In this document: in pieces, positions 9,867 to 19,475 of the stretch
Numbering within the stretch: position 1 is the first letter of the stretch
Layout of the letters: each line of letters starts with the position of its first letter
Source: Cenarchaeum sp.
Lineage (GTDB): Archaea > Thermoproteota > Nitrososphaeria > Nitrososphaerales > Nitrosopumilaceae
Reading direction: 5' to 3'
DNA length: 64,000 bases
Assembly (NCBI GenBank): GCA_965242695.1
Contig: CBDESU010000002.1
Coordinates: 1,184,001-1,248,000 of the forward strand
Made by a program: the position numbers and the translations under genes
The notes under the pieces: generated by a model
Told to the model about the DNA's origin: nothing
What the model saw: only the letters and a program-made list of their open reading frames with translations
The model's database searches: none

Positions 9867-10707
9867 CCTGGACGACCTCGTCGACTGGTTCGACGGCCGC
9901 GGCCCCGCACTCGTCGCCGTCTCGGGCGGGGTCGACAGCGCCCTTGTGGCCCTAGCGGCGCGCCGCAGCCTCGGCGATGCGGCCTCGGCCGTCACGGCCG
10001 ACTATTCTACGATGCCGCGCGACGACCTAGAGTCGGCCGGCCGCACGTGCGCCGAGATCGGCATACGGCAGGAAGTCGTAAGGTACGACGAGCTTGCCGA
10101 CGAGCGGTTCGCCCGCAACGACCGGGATCGCTGCTTCTACTGCCGGACCGAGCTCGCATCGCGCCTGGCCTCGCTGGCGGCGGACCGCGGCGCCCGTACG
10201 GTGGCCGACGGCACGCACCTTGACGACCTGGGCGACTACCGGCCGGGCATACGGGCGATGCGCGACGGCGGCGTGAGCAGCCCGCTCGTCGAGGCCGGCT
10301 TTGCAAAGGCCGACGTGCGGCGCGAGGCCGCATCGGCCGGCCTGTCGGCACACGACCGGCCGGCGAACTCGTGCCTGGCCTCGCGCATCCCGTGGGGGCG
10401 GCGCGTGACGGCCGAGAGGCTCGCGCGGGTAGAGGTCGCCGAGTCGATGGTGAGGTCCATATCCGGGGTCGCCGGCGCCGTGCGCGTGCGCGACCTGGGC
10501 GGGGCGGCTAGCATCGAGGTCGAGCGCGCCGGCATTGGGCTTGTCTCGGATCCGGCCGTACTCGGTCCCCTCTCGGAGAGGCTGCGCGCGATCGGGTTCG
10601 ACTCTGCCCGCGTCGACCCAGAGGGGTACGCGCCAGGCAGGGCCAACGCGGGAGGCGGTCCTGCGGGCGCGGCGGCATCGCAGCCGAAGGGGGGCGCTGC
10701 GCCGTGA
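9856..10707 (+). CDS. larE: ATP-dependent sulfur insertase LarE
   Basis: PP-loop VAVSGGVDS, NDRDRCFYC, DGTHLDDLGDYRPG, PANSCLASRIPWG; overlaps the larC stop. Confidence 0.92.
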   Translation: MRPSLDDLVDWFDGRGPALVAVSGGVDSALVALAARRSLGDAASAVTADYSTMPRDDLESAGRTCAEIGIRQEVVRYDELADERFARNDRDRCFYCRTELASRLASLAADRGARTVADGTHLDDLGDYRPGIRAMRDGGVSSPLVEAGFAKADVRREAASAGLSAHDRPANSCLASRIPWGRRVTAERLARVEVAESMVRSISGVAGAVRVRDLGGAASIEVERAGIGLVSDPAVLGPLSERLRAIGFDSARVDPEGYAPGRANAGGGPAGAAASQPKGGAAP

Positions 10708-11915
10708 TCTACTTGGACAACGCGGCGTCGACGCCGGTGCGGCAAGAGGTGCTCGACGCGATGCTGCCGTACCTGGGCCAGCAGCACGGCAACCCCTCCT
10801 CCCTGCACTCGTACGGCAGGGCCGCCGAGCGGGCCCTGGCCGCGGCCCGCCGGCAGGTCGCCTCGCTCGTCAACGCCGCCTCTCCGTCCGAGATACTGCT
10901 CACGTCGGGGGGGACAGAGTCCGACAACCTGGCCGTGCTCGGCGCGGCCGCGGCGGCCGAGCGCCGCGGCGCGCCGCGGCGCATCGTCACGACCGCAATC
11001 GAGCACGAGGCCGTGCTGGAGCCGTGCAGGCGCCTTGCCGCATCGGGGTTCGAAGTGGTATGCGTGCCGCCGGACAGGACGGGCCGCGTCGACGCGGGGG
11101 CCGTATCCGACGCCGTCTCGGACGGCAGCGGCGCCTGCCTCGTCTCGATGATGCTCGCCAACAACGAGGTCGGGGCGGTGCAGCCTGTCGCCGAGGCGGC
11201 CCGCCTGTGCCGCGGCTCGGGTGCCGTGTTCCATACGGACGCGGTGCAGGCTGTAGGTAAGATCCACGTAGATGTGCAGGCGCTCGGCGTCGACCTCCTC
11301 TCCGTGTCGGCGCACAAGATCAACGGGCCAAAGGGGGCCGGGGCGCTGTACGTGCGGCGCGGCACCACGGTTGACCCGCTCATACTGGGCGGCGGGCAGG
11401 AGGGCGGCATGCGGTCGGGCACGGAGAACGTGCCGGCCGCGGCCGGCTTTGGCAGGGCATGCGAGCTGGCCGCCCGAGACCTCGGCGAGGCGGCGGCCCG
11501 TGCGCGCCGCCTCCGCGACAGGCTCGTCGCCGGCGTGGCCGCATCCATATCGCACTCGGCGTGCAACGGGCCCGCCCCCGATCCGGTGGGCTGCCAGGGG
11601 GCCGGTCAGCCGTCCGTCCTGCCGGGCACGGCCCACTTTACGTTCCTGGGCGTGAGCGGCGAGGACCTGCTCCTAAAGCTCGACGAGGAGGGCATTGCCG
11701 CATCGACCGGCTCTGCTTGCACCGTCAAGACGCAAAAGGCATCGCACGTCCTAGAGGCCATGGGCTTTACCCACGAGCAGGTGTCCGGCTCGCTGCGCCT
11801 GAGCATCGGCGCGTCAAACACCGAGGAAGAGATCGACCACACCGTCTCCGCACTCACTCGGATAGTCGCCGACCTGCGGCGCGTCTCGCCGCACCGCGCA
11901 AAGTACGGGCTCTGA
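10704..11915 (+). CDS. iscS: Cysteine desulfurase (IscS/NifS family)
   Basis: IYLDNAAST, TSGGTESDN, HTDAVQA, SAHKINGPKG, ASTGSAC; GTGA overlap with the larE stop. Confidence 0.93.
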   Translation: MIYLDNAASTPVRQEVLDAMLPYLGQQHGNPSSLHSYGRAAERALAAARRQVASLVNAASPSEILLTSGGTESDNLAVLGAAAAAERRGAPRRIVTTAIEHEAVLEPCRRLAASGFEVVCVPPDRTGRVDAGAVSDAVSDGSGACLVSMMLANNEVGAVQPVAEAARLCRGSGAVFHTDAVQAVGKIHVDVQALGVDLLSVSAHKINGPKGAGALYVRRGTTVDPLILGGGQEGGMRSGTENVPAAAGFGRACELAARDLGEAAARARRLRDRLVAGVAASISHSACNGPAPDPVGCQGAGQPSVLPGTAHFTFLGVSGEDLLLKLDEEGIAASTGSACTVKTQKASHVLEAMGFTHEQVSGSLRLSIGASNTEEEIDHTVSALTRIVADLRRVSPHRAKYGL

Positions 11916-11937
11916 GCCGGCGCTTCCTTCGCGCCCG

Positions 11938-12876
11938 TCATGCTCGAGGCAGGCCGGCGCCGATGCCGAGACCCGCGCCGCGCCGCGACAGCGCGGCCGC
12001 CGCCCCGACGGCGGCGGCCAGGGCGGCGGCGGCCGCCAGCCCGAACTCGGGCACGACGCACGTCCCTATCACCTCTACGTGCCCGTCGCCCTCCTTGAAC
12101 GGCACCTTGACGACCCTCTTGTCGGACATGTCGCTGATCTTTTCATACGGGGTCTGCGCGCCGTCGACAAGTATGATGAACAGCTCGTCGCCGCCCTCGC
12201 AGCCGGCCGTCCTCGCATCGATGTACCTGCGCGGCAGCTCGAGCGTGAGTGACCCCCCGCCCCTCCCCGCCTCCTCGATGAACACGCTCATGCCGAGCGA
12301 GTCGGGGTTGATCCTCATGCCGCCGAGCTTGCCGCCGGCTATAGTGTACGGCACGTCGAACGTGCCCGAGCTGCCCGCGTCGACCTCGTAGAACGACGTC
12401 GACTCTACCGTCCCGGGCGCGGTGATTGAAAACGAGGTCTCGACCGAGCCGTGGACGCTGTAGTGGGCCTCGGCCCTGTACTCGCCGGCCGGCCACGCCT
12501 CGCTCGACGTGTAGATGATGTCCGTATAGCTGCCGTCCTGCGCTACGTCCACCTGCGCTATGTGTATCCGCTTGACCGGGTCCCCCTCGCTGTTGGTGTG
12601 GAACACGGTGACCAGGACGGGGGTGTCGTCTACCACGACGCGCACATTGCCGTGTATGACGATGGTGTCGCCGTGGTCGTACACGGCGGCTGCCGTGTCG
12701 ACGGTGAGGATCGGCTCGGCCGCCTGGGCCCACGCGTGCTGCCAGCCGCTGCCTCCGTCCGCCGCCCAGCCGCCGTCGGTGGCCGCCGCCGCAGAGGCGG
12801 CCGCAACGACTGCCAGCGCCACTGCGAGCATGCATGCCGGCGCGCCAGCGCGGGCCGTCCGGCCTGTGGGGGCCAT
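11938..12876 (-). CDS. PEFG-CTERM sorting-domain surface protein
   Basis: Signal peptide; C-terminal CVVPEFG followed by a hydrophobic helix and basic tail. Confidence 0.88.
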   Translation of the reverse strand: MAPTGRTARAGAPACMLAVALAVVAAASAAAATDGGWAADGGSGWQHAWAQAAEPILTVDTAAAVYDHGDTIVIHGNVRVVVDDTPVLVTVFHTNSEGDPVKRIHIAQVDVAQDGSYTDIIYTSSEAWPAGEYRAEAHYSVHGSVETSFSITAPGTVESTSFYEVDAGSSGTFDVPYTIAGGKLGGMRINPDSLGMSVFIEEAGRGGGSLTLELPRRYIDARTAGCEGGDELFIILVDGAQTPYEKISDMSDKRVVKVPFKEGDGHVEVIGTCVVPEFGLAAAAALAAAVGAAAALSRRGAGLGIGAGLPRA

Positions 12877-12933
12877 GGCCGCGCCGGCAGGGGCTCGGTA
12901 TATTTCCCTTGCGGGCCCAGCATCCGGGCGCGC

Positions 12934-12947
12934 AAAAAATAAAAAAA
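12934..12947 (-). terminator. Archaeal oligo-T terminator after the PEFG-CTERM gene 12957-13862
   Basis: A-tract aaaaaataaaaaaa (T-tract on the minus strand) just past the stop, in GC-rich context. Confidence 0.55.
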
Positions 12948-12956
12948 TGATGAAAG

Positions 12957-13862
12957 CTAGAAGCGTGGAACGGCGCTGAGCCTCGAGCGGGCCGTAATGG
13001 CCACTATCGAGACGATTGCGACGATCAGCACAAGGACTGCCACCGTGCCGAACTCGGGGACGACGCAGGCGCCTACGACCTCTATGCTCTCGGCGCCGGC
13101 CGGGAACATGACCTCGACGGCCATGCCGTCAAAGGTGTAGTCGTCGCTCTGCTCGCCGTCGACAAGGACTAGCGGATCGCCGCGCTGGTCGCACCCGCTC
13201 ACGAGCGGGCTGACAGACAGCATTCCGTCGTCGTCGGCGCTGACGTCGATCTTCAGCACGGACATGTCGTCGCTAGTGCTCGTCGATACGCCGGACACCA
13301 TGCCGCCAGTGATCTCGTACGGTACGCAGGTGTCGGCAACCGACAGCTCGTCGTCGCCGCACTCGACCGGCTCGGCAGGCATCGAGGGCATCCTCGGCGC
13401 CAGCCCGTCGGTCAGTTCTACCATGACCTTGTTGTTGATACTGGACCCGCCGTACTGGACGCGGATGGTGTAGGTGCCGTCGTATTTCCACTGCTCGCTG
13501 GCCGTGTTGAACTCGGTATAGAACGAGCCGTCGTCGTCGACGTCTAGCTGGCTTATGCCAACCAGGTTGCCCGTGCTGCTCGTGACCGTCATCGTGACCG
13601 GCACGCCTGCCCTGATCGTGGCCACCTGGCCGCTTACTTCTATCATTGAATCGTGGTCGTATGTAGCCATGTCGGTGCTGACCGTGATCGGAACCGCCTG
13701 CAGGGCGTCCATCATAGCCTGGCCCCTGCCGTCTCCTACGCAGTCTGGGCACGGGTACGACTCTATCGTCCCCTTGTGGTCATCTGCAAGTGCGGGAGTG
13801 AGGGTAACCGTGCTGGCCACTGCCAGCAACGCCATTAGCATGTACGACGTGTGCGCATTCAT
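12957..13862 (-). CDS. PEFG-CTERM sorting-domain surface protein
   Basis: Signal peptide MNAHTSYMLMALLAVAS..; C-terminal CVVPEFGTVAVLVLIVAIVSIVAITARSRL. Confidence 0.92.
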   Translation of the reverse strand: MNAHTSYMLMALLAVASTVTLTPALADDHKGTIESYPCPDCVGDGRGQAMMDALQAVPITVSTDMATYDHDSMIEVSGQVATIRAGVPVTMTVTSSTGNLVGISQLDVDDDGSFYTEFNTASEQWKYDGTYTIRVQYGGSSINNKVMVELTDGLAPRMPSMPAEPVECGDDELSVADTCVPYEITGGMVSGVSTSTSDDMSVLKIDVSADDDGMLSVSPLVSGCDQRGDPLVLVDGEQSDDYTFDGMAVEVMFPAGAESIEVVGACVVPEFGTVAVLVLIVAIVSIVAITARSRLSAVPRF

Positions 13863-14079
13863 CTTGGGCGGCGGCCCGCAGTGTAGGTATTTATGTATAT
13901 ATTTAGCCCGGCAGGGGAAGCTGCGCCGGCCGCGCGCCTTGGCGTAGTGAGCCGCCCGGCCGCGCGCCTGCTGGTGGGCCGGCCTTGGCGTGCAGGCCCG
14001 CTTCCCCGCTTGCCGAGGCGTGTCTGCCCTCCGCAGGACGCACCCCGGAGGCGCTCTGGCGCACTCCTTCCGCCATGTG

Positions 14080-14305
14080 GCGGCCGGGCCGGGCCCCGGC
14101 CCCTACAGGGCCTGTCCTCGCACGGCAGCATACACGGATGCGGCCGGGCCGGGCCCCGGCCCCTACCGGGCCCGCTTCCTCCGCCCGTGCCTTCTGATCC
14201 AAGTTCTCACGCGGGCCTGACGGGCCCCGGCCCCTACCGGTCTGCCCACTCCACAGGAGGCATGTACGGATGGCGGCAGGGCGGGCCCAGGCCCATGCTG
14301 GGGCC
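14080..14305. repeat. Degenerate direct-repeat array (about 33-bp core gcggccgggccgggccccggcccctac, 4 copies)
   Basis: Copies at 14080, 14140, about 14211 and about 14273; the last two are degenerate. Confidence 0.7.
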
Positions 14306-14327
14306 GCCGCTTGGAACAAGCGAGCCA

Positions 14328-14471
14328 GCGTGCAGGACGCGGCGGCGGATCCGCGGGCATGGGGGCTGCCGTCCTGCACGCCCTTGGTTCCTGCCGTGGC
14401 GACGACAGGTCGGCGGCACTGGCGGCCGTCAGGTCGCCTGCCGTCCTGCACGCCCTTGGTTCCTGCCGTGG
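14328..14471. repeat. 34-bp direct repeat pair (72-bp spacing) with an upstream partial inverted copy
   Basis: ctgccgtcctgcacgcccttggttcctgccgtgg at 14366 and 14438; gcgtgcaggacg near 14328 is the reverse complement of part of it. Confidence 0.8.
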
Positions 14472-14787
14472 TAGGCGCGCACGGCGGCATGGGGACGTCG
14501 CGCAAAGATCCGGGCACGGGCAGATCCACCCTGCCCGCCGAACGGTCCCGGGCTACGCGGTTCTGTCCTGTGGGCCTCCGCTATGGCGGCGCGCACGCGG
14601 CTGACGGCCGACCGACCGCAACCCGCATCGCGCGCCCCGCGGCCTGTCTGGGGGGTGGAGCGGCCGCGAAGCCTCTGCGTCCCCTTCGGGCCGCCCCGCG
14701 CGCCCTGCCGCGTGCGGCGGCGGCCCGCGCGGGGCCGCGCGCCCCGCGGTGCCTTGAAAAGAAGAAAAAACTCGCACGTGCGTTTTG

Positions 14788-15681
14788 TCAGTACCTGGAC
14801 AGGATGCTGAGCCTAGACCTTGCAGTCATGGCCACTATGGCGACCACGGCTACGGCTAGGATCATGACTGCGATTGTGCCGAACTCGGGTATCACGCACG
14901 TTCCGATGATCTCTATCTGCGATGCGCCAGCCTCGAAGGTGATCGACAGGCTCCTTGAGGCGTCTGCAATGCTCTCCGCAAAGTCTCTCTCCTCGCCGTC
15001 GACGAGGACGATGAACGCGTCGTCATTGCCGCTGCATCCGTCGGCCCTTGCGTCAAGGACCTCCCTCGGGAAGTCGATGATGAGGGTGCCGTCGCCGTCC
15101 GCATCGATGCCGATGACGATCGAGTTGCTCGCCTCGTCGGGCATGATGCTGGTGAGGCTGCCGCCGGTGATCGAGTATCCTACGCTGACGTCCGAGCCGT
15201 CGATGGCGTACGTCGGCGAGCCGGGCGGCAGGAGGCTGCCGGGCGTCGGGCCAGGAGCCGGATCGGGCTGTGGCGCTGGCGGCGTGGGAGTGACGATGCC
15301 GGACGAGCCGCCGAACGAGATCGTCGTCATGGCGGTCTGCTGGCCTCCGCCCTCTCCATAGTAGACCATTACGGTATAGTCGCCGGCCGTCCTCCACTGC
15401 TTGCCTGCGACGATGTCCGCCGCAAACGTGCCGTCGCCGGCAACCGTGAGCTGCTCGACCTGGACGATGTTGTTGTGCGGCGGCGGCGCCAAGACTTGGA
15501 GCGCGACGGGGAAGCCCCGCAGGATCTGGCCCACCTGGCCCGTCACCTGCACGGTCTCTCCGTCGGTGTACGAGGTCTTGTCGGTCATGACCTCTAGCGC
15601 CCCCTGAGCGTAGATTGGCGTCAGAGCCACGCCCGCGACGAGAACCGCGGACACGGCTAGAACTGAAAGGCAAGTGTTCAT
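14788..15681 (-). CDS. PEFG-CTERM sorting-domain surface protein
   Basis: Signal peptide MNTCLSVLAVSAVLVAG..; C-terminal CVIPEFGTIAVMILAVAVVAIVAMTARSRL; TATA-like TTAAATA about 25 nt upstream; T-tract downstream. Confidence 0.92.
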   Translation of the reverse strand: MNTCLSVLAVSAVLVAGVALTPIYAQGALEVMTDKTSYTDGETVQVTGQVGQILRGFPVALQVLAPPPHNNIVQVEQLTVAGDGTFAADIVAGKQWRTAGDYTVMVYYGEGGGQQTAMTTISFGGSSGIVTPTPPAPQPDPAPGPTPGSLLPPGSPTYAIDGSDVSVGYSITGGSLTSIMPDEASNSIVIGIDADGDGTLIIDFPREVLDARADGCSGNDDAFIVLVDGEERDFAESIADASRSLSITFEAGASQIEIIGTCVIPEFGTIAVMILAVAVVAIVAMTARSRLSILSRY

Positions 15682-15872
15682 TGCCCCCGTGCCGCCCCCG
15701 TGCGTATTTAAGGCTTGAAAAACTATTCTAGACCTAGGGGTCAACCGGATCTAGCTTGGCCAAAGCCTGCTAGGTATATATTAACCGTGCAGGGCGCGCC
15801 GCCGGTTGTCTGGGCAGCGGTATTGCGGCGGCTTGGGCGGTTGCGCGCCGCCCGGCCTAGGGGTGGCGTGAC

Positions 15873-16124
15873 GTGGCCGTCAAGAAGCAGCAGATACTGG
15901 TGCCAGACCACGTCCTGGTGCCAAAGCACGAGATCATGACAAAGGCCGAGGCCGAGGAGGTCATGGAGCGGTACCACTGCAAGCCGACCGAGATGCCGCT
16001 GATCTACGTCACCGACCCGGCGATCGTAAAGCTCGGCGTCAAGCCGGGCGACCTGATCAGGATCACGCGCAGCAGCAGCACGGCCGGCGAGAGCATCTAC
16101 TACAGGTACGTGGTGGAAGTCTGA
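15873..16124 (+). CDS. rpo5: RNA polymerase subunit Rpo5 (RpoH)
   Basis: HVLVPKHEI, MPLIYVTDP, KPGDLIRITR.S.TAG...YYRYV. Confidence 0.97.
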   Translation: MAVKKQQILVPDHVLVPKHEIMTKAEAEEVMERYHCKPTEMPLIYVTDPAIVKLGVKPGDLIRITRSSSTAGESIYYRYVVEV

Positions 16125-19100
16125 TGGCGGACCCTGCCAACCGGCGCTGGCCGATCATAGAGGACATACTGCGCAAGGAGGGGATCGCCAGGCAGCACCT
16201 CAACTCGTTCAACGAGTTCCTGGAGCGCGGCATGCAGGAGGTCGTCGACGAGGTCGGCCAGTCGGACATCGAGAACCCCGACTACCCGTACAAGGTAAAG
16301 TTCGGCAAGATACGGGTGTTCGAGCCGCGCATGATGGAGCTCGACGGGTCCATTACGCACATCACCCCCGCCGAGGCTCGCCTGCGCAACGTCTCGTACG
16401 CCGCTCCCGTAAAGGTCGAGACGAGCGTCATCGAGGACGGCAAGCTGCTCGAGACGCGGTTCATCCACATAGGCGACATACCGGTAATGGTAAAGTCGAG
16501 CGCGTGCAAGCTCAACAACCTAAAGCCGGCGGGCCTAGTCGAGCACAGCGAGGACTCGCACGACCCGGGCGGCTACTTTATCATCAACGGGTCGGAGCGC
16601 GTCATTGTCGGGCTGGAGGACCTGTCGTACAACAAGATCATCGTCGACAAGGAGATTGTCACCGGCAACCTCGTGTACAAGGCAAAGGTCTACTCGGCGA
16701 CGGTGGGGTACCGCGCAAAGCTAGAGCTCGTCATGAAGAACGACGGCCTGATCGTCGCAAAGATACCGAGCTCGCCCGTCGACATACCCGTGGTGACGCT
16801 CATGAGGGCCCTCGGCATCGAGTCCGACAAGGACATCGCCTCGTCGGTCTCGCTCAACGAGGACGTCCAGGACCAGCTAGAGAGCTCGTTCGAAAAGGCG
16901 GGCGAGTCGCCTACGTCAAAGGACGCCATCGTCTACATCAGCAAGCGCATCGCGCCGGGCATGCTCGAAGAGTTCCAGATCAAGCGCGCCGAGACGCTGC
17001 TAGACTGGAGCCTCCTGCCCCACCTCGGCCGCCTCCACGAGAACCGCCGCGAGAAGGCGCAGTTCCTCGGCGAGGCCGCCTCCAAGCTGCTAGAGCTCAA
17101 GCTCGGCTGGATCGACCCCGACGACAAGGACCACTACGGCAACAAGGTCATAAAGTTCGCCGGCCAGATGCTCGCCGAGCTGTTCCGCCTGGCGTTCCGC
17201 AACCTAGAGCGGGACATGAAGTACCAGCTGACAAAGTCGGGCCAGAAGCGCGGCATCAACGCCGTCGCGGCGGCCATGCGGCCGGGGATCGTCACGGACA
17301 AGCTCAACAACGCCATAGCCACGGGCAACTGGGGGCGCGGGCGCGTCGGCGTCACGCAGCTGCTCGACCGGACCAACTACCTGTCGACGATAAGCCACCT
17401 GCGCCGCATTCAGTCGCCCCTGAGCCGGACGCAGCCGAACTTTGAGGCGCGCGACCTGCACGCGACGCACTTTGGCCGCATCTGCCCGAGCGAGACGCCA
17501 GAGGGCTCCAACTGCGGCCTGGTAAAGAACCTGGCCCTGTCGGCCATCATCTCCGTGAGGGTGAACGCCGCCGAGATCATCGAGAGGCTGTACGAGCTCA
17601 AGACGCGGCCGTCGGGCGAGGCCGACGAGGGGCTGCGGCGCTCGGGCACGCGCGTGTTCGTCGACGGCAAGTTCATCGGGTACCACCCCGACGGCCTGGA
17701 CCTGTCGGAGCAGCTGCGCGAGATGCGCCGCTCGTCGCACATACACGCCCACGTCGGCGTGGCCCTGCACAAGCCTGCGCACGAGGGGGCCACGGCGCGC
17801 CTGTACGTCAACTGCCACGCCGGCCGCGTCCTGCGCCCCCTGATCATCATACGCGAGGGCAGGGCGCTGCTCGCGCGCGAGCACCTTGACAAGATCGCAA
17901 GGCGCCTCTCGTCGTGGACCGACCTCGTGCGCGCCGGCATCGTAGAGCTAGTCGACGCCAACGAGGAGGAAAACTGCGTCATTACCCTCGACGACAGGCA
18001 CACCAAGCGCCACACGCACTTGGAGATATTCCCGCCGGCCATACTCGGCGCCGGCGCGTCGATCATACCGTACCCCGAGCACAACCAGTCGCCGCGCAAC
18101 ACGTACGAGTCGGCCATGGCCAAGCAGAGCCTCGGATTCTCGACGCCGATGATGAACACTAGCACGTACGTGCGGCAGCACTTCATGCTGTACCCGCAGA
18201 CGCCGATCGTCAACACAAAGGCGATGAACCTGCTCGGGCTAGAGGACAGGCCGGCGGGACAGAATTGCGTCGTCGCAGTCCTGCCGTTCGACGGGTACAA
18301 CATCGAGGATGCGATAGTCCTGAGCAAGGCCTCGGTCGACAGGGGGCTCGCGCGCACGTTCTTTTACCGCATATACGACGCCGAGGCCAAGCAGTACCCC
18401 GGCGGGACGGCCGACAAGTTCGAGATCCCCGACCCCGACGACAACATACGCGGGTACAAGAGCGAGCGGTCGTACCGCCTGCTCGAGGAGGACGGCGTCA
18501 TATCGGCCGAGGCGTCGGTCGCCGGCGGCGACGTGCTCATCGGCAAGACGAGCCCACCGCGGTTCCTCGAAGAGTTCCGCGAGTACGACCAGGCGGGGCC
18601 GTACCGGCGCGACACGTCGACGTCGGTGCGCCCGTCCGAGACGGGGCTGGTCGACACGGTGGTAATGACGCAGTCGAGCGAGGGCGGCAAGATGTACAAG
18701 ATACGCGTCCGCGACATGCGCGTGCCCGAGATCGGCGACAAGTTCGCCGCGCGGCACGGGCAAAAGGGCGTCCTCGGCATACTCGCAAAGAACGAGGACC
18801 TCCCGTATACGGAGGACGGCGTCACGCCAGACATACTGATCAACCCGCACGCGTTCCCGTCCCGCATGACCGTCGGGATGTTCATGGAGTCGATAACGGG
18901 CAAGGCCGCGGCCCTGCGCGGCTCGCAGTTTGACGGCTCGGCGTTCGTCGGCGAAAAGATGGACGAGGTGCGCGAGGCCATGGACGCGGCCGGCTTCAAG
19001 TACTCGGGCAAGGAGGTCATGTACGACGGCCGCACGGGGCGCCCATTCCCGGTCGAGGTGTTCATCGGCGTCGTCTACTACCAAAAGCTCCACCACATGG

Positions 19101-19471
19101 TGTCCGACAAGATACACGCAAGGGCGCGCGGGCAGGTGCAGATGCTCACAAAGCAGCCGACCGAGGGGCGCGCGCGCGGCGGCGGCCTGCGGTTCGGCGA
19201 GATGGAGCGTGACTGCCTCATCGCGTACGGCGCATCCATGATCCTAAAGGACAGGCTGCTCGACGAGTCGGACAGGTCGGACATCTACGTGTGCGAGAGG
19301 TGCGGCCTCATCGCGTACCACGACCTCAAGCAGCGCAAGTACGTCTGCCGCGTGTGCGGCGACAAGGCAAAGGTCTCGTCTGTCTCGGTCGCGTACGCGT
19401 TCAAGCTGCTGCTGCAGGAGATGCAGAGCCTCAACGTGGCCCCGCGCCTGCTCATAAGGGAGAGGGTGTAG
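16124..19471 (+). CDS. rpo2: RNA polymerase subunit Rpo2 (RpoB, unsplit)
   Basis: GGYFIINGSERV, GDKFAARHGQKG, GLRFGEMERD, C-terminal Zn ribbon. Confidence 0.99.
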   Translation: MADPANRRWPIIEDILRKEGIARQHLNSFNEFLERGMQEVVDEVGQSDIENPDYPYKVKFGKIRVFEPRMMELDGSITHITPAEARLRNVSYAAPVKVETSVIEDGKLLETRFIHIGDIPVMVKSSACKLNNLKPAGLVEHSEDSHDPGGYFIINGSERVIVGLEDLSYNKIIVDKEIVTGNLVYKAKVYSATVGYRAKLELVMKNDGLIVAKIPSSPVDIPVVTLMRALGIESDKDIASSVSLNEDVQDQLESSFEKAGESPTSKDAIVYISKRIAPGMLEEFQIKRAETLLDWSLLPHLGRLHENRREKAQFLGEAASKLLELKLGWIDPDDKDHYGNKVIKFAGQMLAELFRLAFRNLERDMKYQLTKSGQKRGINAVAAAMRPGIVTDKLNNAIATGNWGRGRVGVTQLLDRTNYLSTISHLRRIQSPLSRTQPNFEARDLHATHFGRICPSETPEGSNCGLVKNLALSAIISVRVNAAEIIERLYELKTRPSGEADEGLRRSGTRVFVDGKFIGYHPDGLDLSEQLREMRRSSHIHAHVGVALHKPAHEGATARLYVNCHAGRVLRPLIIIREGRALLAREHLDKIARRLSSWTDLVRAGIVELVDANEEENCVITLDDRHTKRHTHLEIFPPAILGAGASIIPYPEHNQSPRNTYESAMAKQSLGFSTPMMNTSTYVRQHFMLYPQTPIVNTKAMNLLGLEDRPAGQNCVVAVLPFDGYNIEDAIVLSKASVDRGLARTFFYRIYDAEAKQYPGGTADKFEIPDPDDNIRGYKSERSYRLLEEDGVISAEASVAGGDVLIGKTSPPRFLEEFREYDQAGPYRRDTSTSVRPSETGLVDTVVMTQSSEGGKMYKIRVRDMRVPEIGDKFAARHGQKGVLGILAKNEDLPYTEDGVTPDILINPHAFPSRMTVGMFMESITGKAAALRGSQFDGSAFVGEKMDEVREAMDAAGFKYSGKEVMYDGRTGRPFPVEVFIGVVYYQKLHHMVSDKIHARARGQVQMLTKQPTEGRARGGGLRFGEMERDCLIAYGASMILKDRLLDESDRSDIYVCERCGLIAYHDLKQRKYVCRVCGDKAKVSSVSVAYAFKLLLQEMQSLNVAPRLLIRERV

Positions 19472-19475
19472 CGGC

